A stretch of 64,000 nt of DNA from contig CBDBHR010000028.1 in the NCBI GenBank assembly GCA_965205865.1, forward strand, positions 96,001 through 160,000. The letters run 5' to 3'. Position numbers and translations under genes: made by a program. Positions 9,268 to 19,833 of this stretch are shown in pieces. The stretch comes from a bacterium. Its GTDB lineage: Bacteria; SAR324; NAC60-12. The notes beneath the pieces were generated by a model. That model ran no database searches, was not told the DNA's origin, and saw only the letters and a list, made by a program, of their open reading frames with translations. The number at the start of each line of letters is the position of its first letter. Within the stretch, counting starts at the first letter, position 1.

Positions 9268-9681
9268 GCATCCCGCCCCAGCTGGGAAACTCGACGGGCA
9301 GACCGAATCCCAGGAAGCTCAGCCATAATCACCCTCCCGATGTTGATCGAGAAGACGATGATGATCGGGGCCATGATATTCGGCAGGACATGGCGGATCA
9401 GGATTTGGCTTGTCGAGGTGCCCACGGCCCGGGCGGCCAGAAAATAATCATTCTCTTTGATGCCGATCACCACGCCTCGCATGATTCGGGAACCGCCGAT
9501 GCCGCCGGCGACCCCCAGGACGACGATGATCTGGAGGAGACCCTGTCCCACGATGGACATGATGGTTAACAAGAGCAGCAGCCCCGGAAAGGCCATCCAG
9601 GCATCGACAAAGCACTGCATGGCCAGGTCCACTTTCCTCCCCAGAAATCCGGAAATGCCGCCGATCAGGGTACTGATCACA
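9264..9681 (-). pseudogene. Internal fragment of another DppC-like permease
   Basis: FVDAWMAFPGLLLLLTIMSIVGQG..IKENDYFLAA, closely matching 6050-6465; small deletion/frameshift near 9320. Confidence 0.85.
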
Positions 9682-9739
9682 ACCCTTTCTTTTTTTTGCC
9701 CCCTTTTTTTCGAGCGTTTCCGTTCCGTTTTCATGCCTT

Positions 9740-10071
9740 GACATGGAAATCATGGCCTAGTTATCCCTCTGGTAGGATAGGAGAGGATGACCTCGTAGGT
9801 AAACTTATCGGTTGCAATTTGCCGACAATGGGGTTACCCTGACCGATGATAAAAGGCAGTGTGATGCCTGAAATGGCAGTGTGACTCTCTCTTGTCGCTC
9901 ATACACCAAGATGATGAAAGCGAGAGGACAGAGAAAAACGTTCTCATATGTCGTCAGGCTAAGTGATCAGTGCTGTCATCCGGGTGGAATTTGCTTGAGC
10001 CTCGTGCTTGGAAAGGTGCATGCGAGGATCTGAGAGATCTGGGACTTGGCAACAAGTCCTGGCTACCCGAC
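9740..10071 (+). ncRNA. Group II intron remnant (ORF-less, 5'-truncated); domains V-VI recognisable
   Basis: 34-nt domain V GAGCCTCGTGCTTGGAAAGGTGCATGCGAGGATC (9997-10030, AGC triad, GAAA loop); domain VI hairpin GGGACTT-GGCAAC-AAGTCCT; 3' end CTACCCGAC; left boundary uncertain. Confidence 0.75.
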
Positions 10072-10099
10072 AGGAATTCACAATCATCAGGAGAAAATT

Positions 10100-10312
10100 A
10101 TGAGTAGCAAAGAATTATTAAAAGAAGCCTTGCGTCTAAGGCCCCAAGAAAGATTCGCAATCATTGAGGGGTTGCTAAAAAGCTTGGACGAGCCAGACAA
10201 GGACATTGATGAAATTTGGGCGATTGAAGCCGAAAAGAGATTAAATGCTTATCGATCTGGAGGATTGAAAGGCATTGCCATGGAAGAAATATTTGGGAAC
10301 ACAAAAAAATGA
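10100..10312 (+). CDS. Putative addiction module antitoxin component
   Basis: ELLKEALRLRPQERFAIIEGLLKSLD..DIDEIWAIEAEKRLNAY; AGGAG RBS; overlaps the toxin start. Confidence 0.85.
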   Translation: MSSKELLKEALRLRPQERFAIIEGLLKSLDEPDKDIDEIWAIEAEKRLNAYRSGGLKGIAMEEIFGNTKK

Positions 10313-10605
10313 AAATTTTGTTTACTGAATTGGCGAGAGCAGAGTTGATTGACGCGATTGCCTATTATGAAATGGAAGTTCCAGGATTAGGAGAGACATT
10401 CAAGGACGAAGTTGCTTCTGCGACAATGCGCATTAGTCACTTTCCTCAAGCTTGGTCCATCGAACGAGGCGACGTTCGCAAATGTATTATGCATAAATTC
10501 CCCTATAAGGTTTTGTATTCCATTGAAGAAGATCACATTCTGATTATTGCGATTGCGCACCAGCATAGAAAACCCGACTACTGGATCGATGACAAACCTT
10601 CCTAA
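10309..10605 (+). CDS. ParE/RelE-family toxin
   Basis: ARAELIDAIAYYE..GLGETF..KFPYKVLYSI..IIAIAHQHRKPDYW; stop inside R'' of attC3. Confidence 0.9.
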   Translation: MKILFTELARAELIDAIAYYEMEVPGLGETFKDEVASATMRISHFPQAWSIERGDVRKCIMHKFPYKVLYSIEEDHILIIAIAHQHRKPDYWIDDKPS

Positions 10606-10668
10606 CCAGGCATTTGACCTGATCGCTTTCCGCTATGCTCTAAGCGACAGGTCAACTTTACGTTGGGC
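10600..10668 (+). other. Integron attC site 3
   Basis: R'' TCCTAAC ... R' GTTGGGC; arms TTGACCTGATCGCTT / AAGCGACAGGTCAA with an extrahelical base. Confidence 0.88.
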
Positions 10669-10767
10669 TCTGCATATCAAACAACATCACAAACATGGAG
10701 TATCTATGTCAAATGATGATTTAGAAGAAGATCGGGAAACTCGTATTGAGAACTTAAAACGTAAAAT

Positions 10768-10794
10768 GAAAAAAGGGGACAGTCCCCTTTTTTC
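10768..10794. repeat. Perfect 27-bp palindrome
   Basis: GAAAAAAGGGGAC-A-GTCCCCTTTTTTC; truncates the ORF that follows attC3 and could act as a bidirectional terminator. Confidence 0.8.
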
Positions 10795-10862
10795 GGGTGT
10801 GGACGCGCCCACTCGGTCACGCCCGATCCCAGCCTGACCATTGTCGTCCTTACCCTCTGAAG

Positions 10863-11666
10863 TCATTCCCCAGCCGGTTGGTCTGGTTTTGACCACCCCT
10901 TGTCGCCAGCCTTCAGACCCCCGTCAACGTTGATGAACGTTCCCGAAACGAAGTCAGAGGCCGGGGAGGCAAGAAACACAGCCGCCCCCGCCAGGTCCTC
11001 CGGCTCGCCTATCCGACCAGCAGGGGTCTCGTCGATGATGTAGGCGTTGCGCTCTTTGTGCTCAAAGACACGGGCGGACATGTCCGTATGGGTCCAACTG
11101 GGCGCCAGCAGGTTGACCTGAATGTTGTCGGCTCCCCAGTCCAGGGCCATGGTCTGCGTCAGGTTCAACAAACCGGCCTTGCTCGCCGAATAGGGCGCAT
11201 TGCCCGCAGCGGCTATCAGGGAATAGCCCGACCCAATATTGATGATTTTGCCCCCTCCGGCTTTTACCAGCATCGGGTGGGCCGCCTGAGAGAACAGGAA
11301 CACCGAGGTCAGGTTGGTATCGATGACCCGATGCCAGGTCTCCAGGGCCACAGTCTGGGTCGGTTCACCGCCGTGACCGATGCCGGAATTGTTGACCAGG
11401 ATGTTGAGGCTGCCCAGTTCGCGGACCGCCATCTCTACGGTGTTGAGGATGTCGTCCTGCTCGAGGACGTCGCAGCGCACCCCGATGCAGCGGCGACCCA
11501 GGGCTTCGATTTCTTTGACGACGGCTGCCGTCTTCTGTTCATTGCGCGCCGCCACGACGATATCCGCCCCGTGCTGTGCCAGCCCCACGGCAATGGCGCG
11601 CCCAATCCCCCCGTTACCGCCGGTAACGATGGCCATCTTTCCGGTAAGATCAAACATGTCACTCAT
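10863..11666 (-). CDS. Short-chain dehydrogenase/reductase (KduD/gluconate 5-dehydrogenase-like)
   Basis: TGGNGGIG, LVNNSG, YSASK catalytic motif, VDGG. Confidence 0.9.
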   Translation of the reverse strand: MSDMFDLTGKMAIVTGGNGGIGRAIAVGLAQHGADIVVAARNEQKTAAVVKEIEALGRRCIGVRCDVLEQDDILNTVEMAVRELGSLNILVNNSGIGHGGEPTQTVALETWHRVIDTNLTSVFLFSQAAHPMLVKAGGGKIINIGSGYSLIAAAGNAPYSASKAGLLNLTQTMALDWGADNIQVNLLAPSWTHTDMSARVFEHKERNAYIIDETPAGRIGEPEDLAGAAVFLASPASDFVSGTFINVDGGLKAGDKGWSKPDQPAGE

Positions 11667-11879
11667 GTTACTACCTCCATGTCATAGAAACTCCTCTAAA
11701 GTTCTCATCAATTCCTAGGATTGAGCGAGAGATTCCTCATTTTCTTCGTCATCGATGGGGATGTAGCGCACTGCCCCCCAATTGACGATGCGGTCGTCAT
11801 TCTCAACGCGATACTTTTTCCCATGGTGGGTGACGATCTGATTCATGATTTGGCTATACGTTTTTCCGGAGGTTCGCTC

Positions 11880-12392
11880 CCGCCGGGGAACGGTTCAAAA
11901 GGATACATGTTGGTATCGGCATGTAAGCCCCCGTAATTAAAGTAAATTGTGTCCCCCATAGCCCTCCGGGCCCTGCCATTTGACAATCCCGCTCAAATTC
12001 GAAAGCAGGCAACCGGGACCCAGGTAGTAATCGATCAAGGGCAGAGTCAGGGGATGCTGGATGATTTCCTCAAAAATCGGATCCTTTTCCAGAATCCCGT
12101 GGTAAAAATTTTGGGTTGGGGTGGTACCCGTGCAGTCGGTGAAACCATGTTCCCCGGTCTCCTCATTGGGCCGCACCCCGGTGATTTCTTCCCCAACCCG
12201 TAAGAGCGCTTCTTTGCTTTGCTCAAACAGGCGAGGGTCGCCCATTTGCTCAGGGGAAATCACGGTGAATCCCTGTGCTTCAATCTCTTCCAGATTTTTT
12301 GTGAGGCCACGCGCTTCGATCTGCTGAGAGGCGATTTTTTTCCAATTCTCCCAAGTGCGCCATTCTGACCGTTTTTTGGTAAGCATAATCAT
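11880..12392 (-). pseudogene. Phytanoyl-CoA dioxygenase (PhyH)-like fragment
   Basis: EAQGFTVI..DPIFEEIIQHPLTLPLIDYYLGPGCLLS; AT-rich insert AATTTACTTTAATT breaks the frame just before LHADT; remainder lost. Confidence 0.65.
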
Positions 12393-12484
12393 TCCTTTCT
12401 TATTTTTCTTTATTTAAGTACTTAAGACAGCCAATAATCTTGCTCTGAAAATCATTAAGCTCTCTTTAGGCGAGACCTCGCCTG

Positions 12485-13398
12485 AGACCCGCCATAGCGC
12501 CCTGCAGCACCCCGTAACCGGGGGTCGAGCAAATCCCTGAGGGCGTCGCCGAAAATGTTGAGGCCTTAGACGACAATCATCAGAGCAAGACCAGGCCAGA
12601 TGGACATCAAAGGAGCGAGGAACATGTAAGAGCGTCCGGAGCCACTGAGCATCCCTCCACAGGTAGGCTCCGGGGGGAGATGCCCAAACCCAGGAAGCTG
12701 AGGGCGGCTTCCCCTAAAATCATATTCGGCACAGTTGCCGAAAACAGGATGATGATGGTAGGCATAATATTGGGCAGGATATGTCGGGTTATGATATTCG
12801 TAGTCGGACTGCCAATCGCCACCGCCGCTTCTACATACATATTCTCTCGAATGGCGATAACGGCGCTTCTCATGATCCTTGAAACGCTGATACCGGAGAC
12901 CAACCCCATCGCGATAATCAGCTGCCACATCCCTGGCCCCACGATAGAGACAGCAAATAAGAAAATGATAAACGGGGGAAAGCAAATCCAGCCATCCACA
13001 AACCGCTGCGCCACCATATCGAACTTACCGCCGAAAAACCCGGACGGGACCCCGATCAATAAGGCAATCAGTATCGCCAGAGTAGTCGCCCCGAGACCGA
13101 CAAACATCGAGTTACGAGCCCCAAAGACAATACGGCTATAAATGTCCCGCCCCAGGTTATCCGCCCCGAGGAAATACTTGGTTGAGGGGGGATGCAGGTA
13201 ATCTCTGGGGTGAATGTCGTTCACTCCGTAAGGCGCCAGCCAATCGGTAAAAATACCAGTAAAAAGAAAGAGCAGCAGGATAATCCCCCCAATAAGACCC
13301 AGGGGTTGCTCCTTGACCAGCCTGGTCAAGAACACCACCGGCCTGGCACGTCGCCTGGGCTCCCTGATTTCGGGTGGGATTTCCAGGGTATCATTCAA
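12485..13398 (-). pseudogene. DppC-like permease with a frameshift and a nonsense codon
   Basis: LGADNLGRDIYSRI..SFLGLG; frameshift at the C-run near 12675; TAA at 12566; GDALRDLLDPRLRG continues downstream. Confidence 0.85.
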
Positions 13399-13409
13399 GA
13401 TCGCTCCTT

Positions 13410-14393
13410 TTATCTATACCGAATCCTGGGGTCCAGGTAGGCGTAGGTCAAGTCAATCACCAGAATGGCCAGCACCAAAATGATAGCGGCAAATATCGTT
13501 ACTCCGGAGACTATGGTATAGTCTCTTTCGTTAATGGACTGTACCAATAAATGACCCAGGCCGGGTAAGCCGAATATCCTCTCTATGATAACGGAACCCC
13601 CAATCACCCACGGTAACATATATCCGATTACGGTGACCACCGGAATGAGGGCGTTGGGAAGCGCATGCCGGAGGATGACCATTCTCTCCTTGAGTCCCTT
13701 TGACCACCCAGTCCTGATGTAATCTTGCCTGAGCACCTCCAGCATCATGGTTCGCGTCATCCTCATGACCATCCCCGACATCAGCATGCCCAAAACAAGA
13801 GAGGGCACGATGAACTGCTCCAGGTTTTTAAGCGGGTCCTCAGTGAAACTGATATACTCTAACGGCGGAGACCACCCCCACCAAACCGAGGGGAAGACTA
13901 TTACCAGCGTCCCCAGCCAGAAGTCGGGCATCGCGATAGCGAGCATAGAAAAGCTGCGCGCGGTGTAGTCCCCCATGGTGTTCTGCCGTATCGCTGAATA
14001 GACCCCGATAGGGAGGGCCAGGAGGACGGCTATTGTCATCGTAAAGATAGCGAGCTCAAAGGTTACTGGTAATCGCTTGAGGACTATCTCAGTCACAGGG
14101 AGCTGGGACCATAGGGATAATCCAAGGCTGCCTTGAAAAAGTCCGGAAAAAGAGCCATGATGGTCCCGAATCACTCCTAACCAGCGTCCGTATTGGACAT
14201 AGTTCGGCGCATCCAGTCCCAAGCTTATTCTTATATTCTCTTCGGTCTTGTCTGTAAAGGACCCCTGCCTCCCAGCTGCCATCTGGGACACTATATCGCC
14301 GGGAATAAAGCGAACAGCGAAGAACACGATGAGACTCGCTACGAATATAGTGGGTATAACCAGGAGTACTCTCCTGATGATGTAGGCTTGCAT
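13410..14393 (-). CDS. DppB/OppB-like permease
   Basis: MQAYIIRR..EVLRQDYIRTGWSKGL..DPRIRY. Confidence 0.92.
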   Translation of the reverse strand: MQAYIIRRVLLVIPTIFVASLIVFFAVRFIPGDIVSQMAAGRQGSFTDKTEENIRISLGLDAPNYVQYGRWLGVIRDHHGSFSGLFQGSLGLSLWSQLPVTEIVLKRLPVTFELAIFTMTIAVLLALPIGVYSAIRQNTMGDYTARSFSMLAIAMPDFWLGTLVIVFPSVWWGWSPPLEYISFTEDPLKNLEQFIVPSLVLGMLMSGMVMRMTRTMMLEVLRQDYIRTGWSKGLKERMVILRHALPNALIPVVTVIGYMLPWVIGGSVIIERIFGLPGLGHLLVQSINERDYTIVSGVTIFAAIILVLAILVIDLTYAYLDPRIRYR

Positions 14394-14537
14394 TTTGTAT
14401 CCTCTTGTTTCTCTACCCTAAACCTCAAAACATAAACCTCCCCCCGTTCACAACGTTATATACACAAATTCGACGGGTATTGCGGCCAAAGTCAAAAAAC
14501 ACCAGGCTCAACGCATTTTTTTGAATCCTGCCTAAGT

Positions 14538-14612
14538 TGTCATTCCCGCGCAGGCGAGAATCCAGGGTTTGAAGCTCCAGACCCCTGGATCCCCGCTTTC
14601 GCGAGGATGACA
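14538..14612. repeat. Palindromic element of the GTCATTCCCGCG..GGAATCC type (dRS3/RPE-like), copy 1
   Basis: TGTCATTCCCGCGCAGGCGAGAATCCAG ... CTGGATCCCCGCTTTCGCGAGGATGACA; relatives at 28241 and 47290. Confidence 0.85.
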
Positions 14613-15267
14613 TACGGACAAAGTTTTTCAGGAATTCCAACGAAATATGACACTACTCGTCGACTTTGAATATATAGTGTTCTTTTTTAAATTCACTCAC
14701 CCCCTCAACTGAGCCCGGGAGAAGGGAAGTGACCCTCCCCCCGGTTTGTCGGGGTGGACGCGAAGCGGAGAGAAGTATGAGGCCGCTCCATTCCCCGATT
14801 GGCTCATTACTGTCCCAATATTTTTGCCCTTAAATCGCTGTTGATCCAGGCACGAGCGAAAATTTGGCCTACAGAAAAAGTATCGACATCATTGACTTCG
14901 CCTTAGTAGTTCTCTACCCATGGCCAGTATGGCTTCGGCGTAGCCAGGTGTACAAATGGAGTTGGTACATAGCCGAAATAACTTTTCGCCAGTACATTCA
15001 GGTTCAACTCCTTGATGAGCTTAGGGGACCAGGGTGTCTGCTCGATATGCCTCCAATCCGCGATCAATTCAGGGTCATTTACCATGGATAAATTATAAGT
15101 CGCTTTCGGGTTCAAGACAATGTTCCATAAAGTACCATGCGGATTACCAACTGAGTTAGCAAGTATAGTCATCGGAGCATGCGTTTTATTATTTGCCAAG
15201 CCTATCATAGTAGGCCCCTCCCGCAGATCAATTATAACGTCGACTCCGATATCCTTCCACATAGCTA

Positions 15268-17984
15268 GACCCTAGCCGAAAAGGGTTTCGAAAATAGTAA
15301 ATGTAACCAATTTGATTCTATTTGATTCTCTATTTGATTCAATATGACGAGAAAACGATTTTTTTGTTTTTTATTCGCCCACAGCACAGTTTTTATAGGG
15401 AAAAAATCTTTTTTGGACATACTTTCCTCGCCCCTGCTCATATTTCACACTCCCCCATTGAATATTCAGGCCGCTTGTTTGAGTTGTCTTTTTTTCAACT
15501 CAATCATTTTGCAAAAATTATAGGTTAATGCTTTTTCCAGCAACTCTGCCCGAACGTTTTCAATCCCTCTGCGCATAACTTGTCCGAAATGGAAACGATG
15601 CTTAAGATGAAACATCAACGACTCTGCAGCAGATCTTCCATTTCGTGATTCCAAATAGATTTCACTTTCCCATTCTTCAATCGGGGTCATCTTTTTTCCC
15701 TTTGCCCCACTAATACTAAAAACCTTAACGCCTTTGCCCATCCACTTTTCTCTGATCGCCTGATTGGCATATCCATCATCAAGGCTCACTTCAGAGGGAA
15801 TGGTGATGGTGCATCGCAAATGTTCAACAAGGGCAGGGTCGAGTTGCCCTGAATCAGCAGCATTGCCCTCCGGAGTAATTAACACGGAAATAAAACCATT
15901 TCCGCTCCTTCCTAATTGAGGCTTATATCCGATAAGCGCTTCTCGATCTCCCTTTTGAATATAAGCCGAGCTCTGATCGGAAAGACTCAATACTTTCTCA
16001 GTAGAAGGAACCTTCTTTTCTTCAAAAACTCTTTGATGACAGTAGATGATTACCCGTTGCAAATTAGAAATATCTTCATTCATCATTTCAATGAGGCGAA
16101 TCAAACGCGTTTTCCGAGAAGGGGGGAGAAGAGCTTTTTGGGCACGGATATCCACCTTTGCCATTTCTTTTAAAAATTTCCCATGAGCGCTTTGAGCTTT
16201 CTTCAATAGGGTTTTGTAATGTTTTTTTCGCTTCGTTTTACTGTCCTTTTTACCTGTCTCATTCAAAGAAATCAATTTTTTCATCTTAGTATGAAGAAGC
16301 TTATTCATCTCCTTGATGAGGAAATCAAAATTTCTTTCACTGATCTCAGCGATTCAAAAGCAAATGTATCAAGGATCTGAACGCCCCTCGATGAGAATAG
16401 CTTCGCTCCACGAGACGAGTCAATATCGACGAGGATCAGTAGGCGACAAGCTGTATTTCCTTTTACAGAGGTGCTATCGTTCGCAGGAGTTTGAATTAAA
16501 AGTGTGCCTTTTTTATCCAGCAAGTTCACGCTGATTCTGTGGGCTGTGAGCGCCCTTGTCCCAACTCACGACCGCAAGCTCAAGCGTTTTTTGGTTTCTT
16601 CATTTGAGCATCACCTGATGGTGAAGGATGAATTGATGCTGGTCCTCGACCCTGAGTTTCCACCGGCACTCCCGCCTTGCCCTTGCTGATCCACTCGGTG
16701 TGGGGCTCGAAAGGGATCGCAGCAACCCTGCGGATGATTTGGTCATGAGTTTTTTTGCATAGCCCATGTACTCCCGCAAGCGTAGCTGGAGGAGCGCACC
16801 CGTTTTTCCAGTTCCATTGACTCGCATTATTGGCCAAGGACGTATTGAGATATTCCTTGCGCCTCTTTTCTTCACGGGCACGCTTTATTTGCAACTTTCG
16901 AAGTTGAGCTTTTGGATGAGACGATCCACTTCCTGAGGGTTCCGAGCAGAACTGGCAACTCTGTGAAAGTCTGGCGCATCAACCGTCTTACGTGTCGAAG
17001 AGCAGGTTGATGTCGGTCGGATAATGTACATTGGTTTCAACCACAAAGGAGTCGCAGCGTGCACGTAGCGCCTTGCTTGAATCATGAAGTTCAATCTTCT
17101 TCTCCGTGCGAATTCGGGTTGGCCCATCTTTTGGGGCGTTTTTTTTTACCAGCCCATGTCCGACTTTGATAACCAACTGATTGATCTCAAGAAAGGTGTA
17201 TCGTCTGCCGGTTGTATGTCGTTTTATCCTCCCACCCACCATGTGAGCATCTGCCGGATGGTGTCGTGATGGTTAGCCAACTCATGGATGCGGGCTGTTG
17301 AGACCCAGGCGCAGTCAGAATCTTCCACTGTTTGACCCGTTCCAGAACCTTGAATACCGATGCGCGTAATGCTGGCGTGGCGGATAGGGGGGACTTGATC
17401 TTGAAGATTTATGCGAGGTGGCGCAAACTCGGGTTTTTTCAAATCTTCGCGTCACAAATTCTCTAATCCTGTGAAATTGAAGAATTGTCATTTAATATCA
17501 GCAATTTGAGTATTTTTCGGCCAAGCACTAAGTATCCCCGAATCATCATAAAAAGGTAGACTAAAAAAGCCGACATCCGAGGACACCCTATTTCCAGCCT
17601 CAGTTCTTCCGGCTTCAATTCCTCATCTTCTACGGGAAGATGAGGAAGCCATGGATTCCGGGCTTCCTGCCATCGTTTATCCTCTAAACGCTCTTTCTTT
17701 TTATTTCTTGCGTATTTCTCCAAATCCTGTTCAATTTTGTCCAATATCTCCGGCTCTCGCTCAGACAATTGATCAAGTTCTGATAAGAAATTTTCAAATT
17801 CTGTATCAGGAGCCTTACCAACTGAGCTTAAAATAAGATGTTTTTCTGCTCGAATGAATGGTTTCATTTTGGGTGCCATAATTCTTAATATTGAAGTTAT
17901 TCACAGTTATTTCAATGAATTATGGCACTTTTTAACCTCAAGTTTAAAGATATAATTCTAAAAAATACCTTTTCGGCTAGGATC
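15268..17984 (-). mobile_element. DDE insertion sequence (IS5-like/ISNCY), itself interrupted
   Basis: IRs GACCCTAGCCGAAAAGG / CCTTTTCGGCTAGGATC; 6-bp target duplication TAGCTA (15262-15267, 17985-17990); transposase pieces 17879-17530 and 16480-15466 (EKVLSLSD, GYKPQ, GNAADS, SLDDGY, RSAAES). Confidence 0.88.
16485..17530 (-). mobile_element. Nested, degraded ISNCY-family element
   Basis: ARCDSFVVETNVHYPTDINLLFD, FEPHTEWISKGKAGVPVE and DKG.HSPQNQ motifs in shifting frames. Confidence 0.75.
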
Positions 17985-19287
17985 TAGCTACCAGAAAAGC
18001 AGCCACATCTTGCTCAGGCTCCTTTGCTATTGTTTGTATGGTACTCTTGAAACCCTTCGGGTAGCCCGCCTCGGCTAATAGTTGCCTCGCACGAACAGGG
18101 TGATACTCAAAATTCTCCCGAGTTGATGGCGGGAGCTTCTCCAGAGGAGTATAGAATTCCTCTGACACTGTTGAATGGACCTCAGCGCTTAAAATATTTC
18201 CTTTACCCCCCCCCACAACGTGTTGATAAAGGCTTCTCGATCTATAGCCATGCTCAGTGCTTTCCGCACCCTGATATCGTCAAAGGGCTTTGTATCCGTC
18301 CTATAGCCGATTCTCCAGGCTCTCTCCGCCACTCTCCCTATCAACTTTAGTTCGGGACTTGATTTTTCTAGCGTCGGGATGAACTTTTGTTCAACGACAT
18401 CATACACGTCAATCTTCCCTGTTCGTAACGCAGCGATCTGGGAGGATTTATCCTGTATTAGAGTTTTTACCATGCGGTCGATAAACGGAATCTCGTATTT
18501 CTTGTCATTGTATACGTAACTGTCCCAGTAATTGGGGTTCTTTGCGTAAGCTACATGGCTGCCTTCCACGTAGTCCTCGAGCAAAAACGGGCCTGTCCCT
18601 ATCCCCACATGATTCCTCCAGTCATCTATCCCCGCCGTCACCAACTCCTCAGGATAGATGGTGCACGCACCCCAAGTGGCGTATCCAAACCACCACCACC
18701 ACTCCATCAAGTATTTATTCGTCTTGAATTCAACCGTGTGCTTATCCGTAGCTGTAATCGACTCCAAGGACTGATATGCAGGAGCCCAATGTTCGTCTTT
18801 CTTTTCCCACCCTATATCACGCTTGTAGCTATAAACTATATCCTCCGCTGTCAGCTCCCTTGATTTCATGACTCCCGGCTTGCCCTGGTACATGATTCCC
18901 TGACGTAGTTTGAAAATAATTGTTTTATCATCGGGTAACGACCAGCTTTCAGCCACCTTACCTTTTAGTAAAGGTAGAGGAGCACCTCCAGATAGATAGA
19001 ACGGATTCTCATTGGTGCCGCGTGGCCCATACTTCTCAAAGTCTGAAGCCATAATGGTCTCAAAATAATTTGAATGATATATAGCTGAGGTCCAGACACC
19101 TCTCTTGGGGTACCAGCTTGTAGGTGGGAAGGCCGCCCCATATCCGTCCAGGAATGTAATACTCCCACCGTATTGCGGCTCTTGGGCTGCCGCCGGACTG
19201 CCCAAGAAGCCTGCCCCCCCTAGAATGAGGGCCAGAATGAGGGCAAGCAGGGTTGTACTGAAGGTTGATTTGCTTTTTAGATTAAAC

Positions 19288-19393
19288 ATAGCGATTTTCG
19301 ATTTCATAAGATTCTCCTTAAAAAAAATACCATCAGGAATGGCAATTACAGAATAGCGATTTTCGATTTCATAAGATTCTCCTTAAAAAAATA
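19288..19393. repeat. Direct repeat (~40 bp) of the RBS and first codons of the SBP gene
   Basis: ATAGCGATTTTCGATTTCATAAGATTCTCCTTAAAAAAA at 19288 and 19353. Confidence 0.9.
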
Positions 19394-19521
19394 AATGACA
19401 AAATGACGCTCTCAAGCGCCCATAAGCTGTTTCAAGCGGGAATCCTCCCACAGCTAATTTTGAATCAAACGAGCGGAAGTCCTCTCCTTCCCTGAAACAA
19501 CAAGGCATGATTTCAGCACTA

Positions 19522-19830
19522 CTACGCGGCGCAAAGCCTATAGCAAGTTTGGATCAGGAGAATTGCGCAACAATGGTGATCAGCTATAAAAAGATATATT
19601 GCGGTCCATCTTCGGCATGAGCCAAAAAGCGAATGTTCGCTCCACAGTCCAGCGTTTTTTCCAACGGCGATAATGATCGTAAACGCTTTGCCAGGGAGGT
19701 AAATCATGGGCAAGCATGCTCCACTGACAACCCGTTTTCAGGACATACAAAATCGCATTGACGATGCTATGTTTGCTATGAATACTTTTGGCCACGCAGG
19801 GGGCGGAACGTTTAAAAAAAGGAGAGTTTC
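19522..19830 (-). mobile_element. IS5-family remnant, internally deleted
   Basis: IVNAILYVLKTGCQW..DLPPWQSVY (N-terminal) fused directly to KRWTVERTFA (C-terminal). Confidence 0.85.
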
Positions 19831-19833
19831 AGT

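Larger units (their letters stand above)
14807..19307 (-). pseudogene. Family-5 solute-binding protein split by an IS insertion, a G9 frameshift and a nonsense codon
   Basis: Segments 18189-19307, 17985-18216 and 14807-15267 join into one SBP (AAFLVA|MWKDIGV; ends IFARAWINSDL); C9 run 18206-18214; TAA at 14903. Confidence 0.9.

Noticed and set aside
14425-14640. 71-aa ORF containing LDSRLRGND
   Set aside because: Translation of the palindromic repeat; the same applies to 28160-28345 and 47127-47357
14903-14905. In-frame stop as a recoding (Sec/Pyl) site
   Set aside because: The codon is TAA, in a gene already broken by an IS and a frameshift
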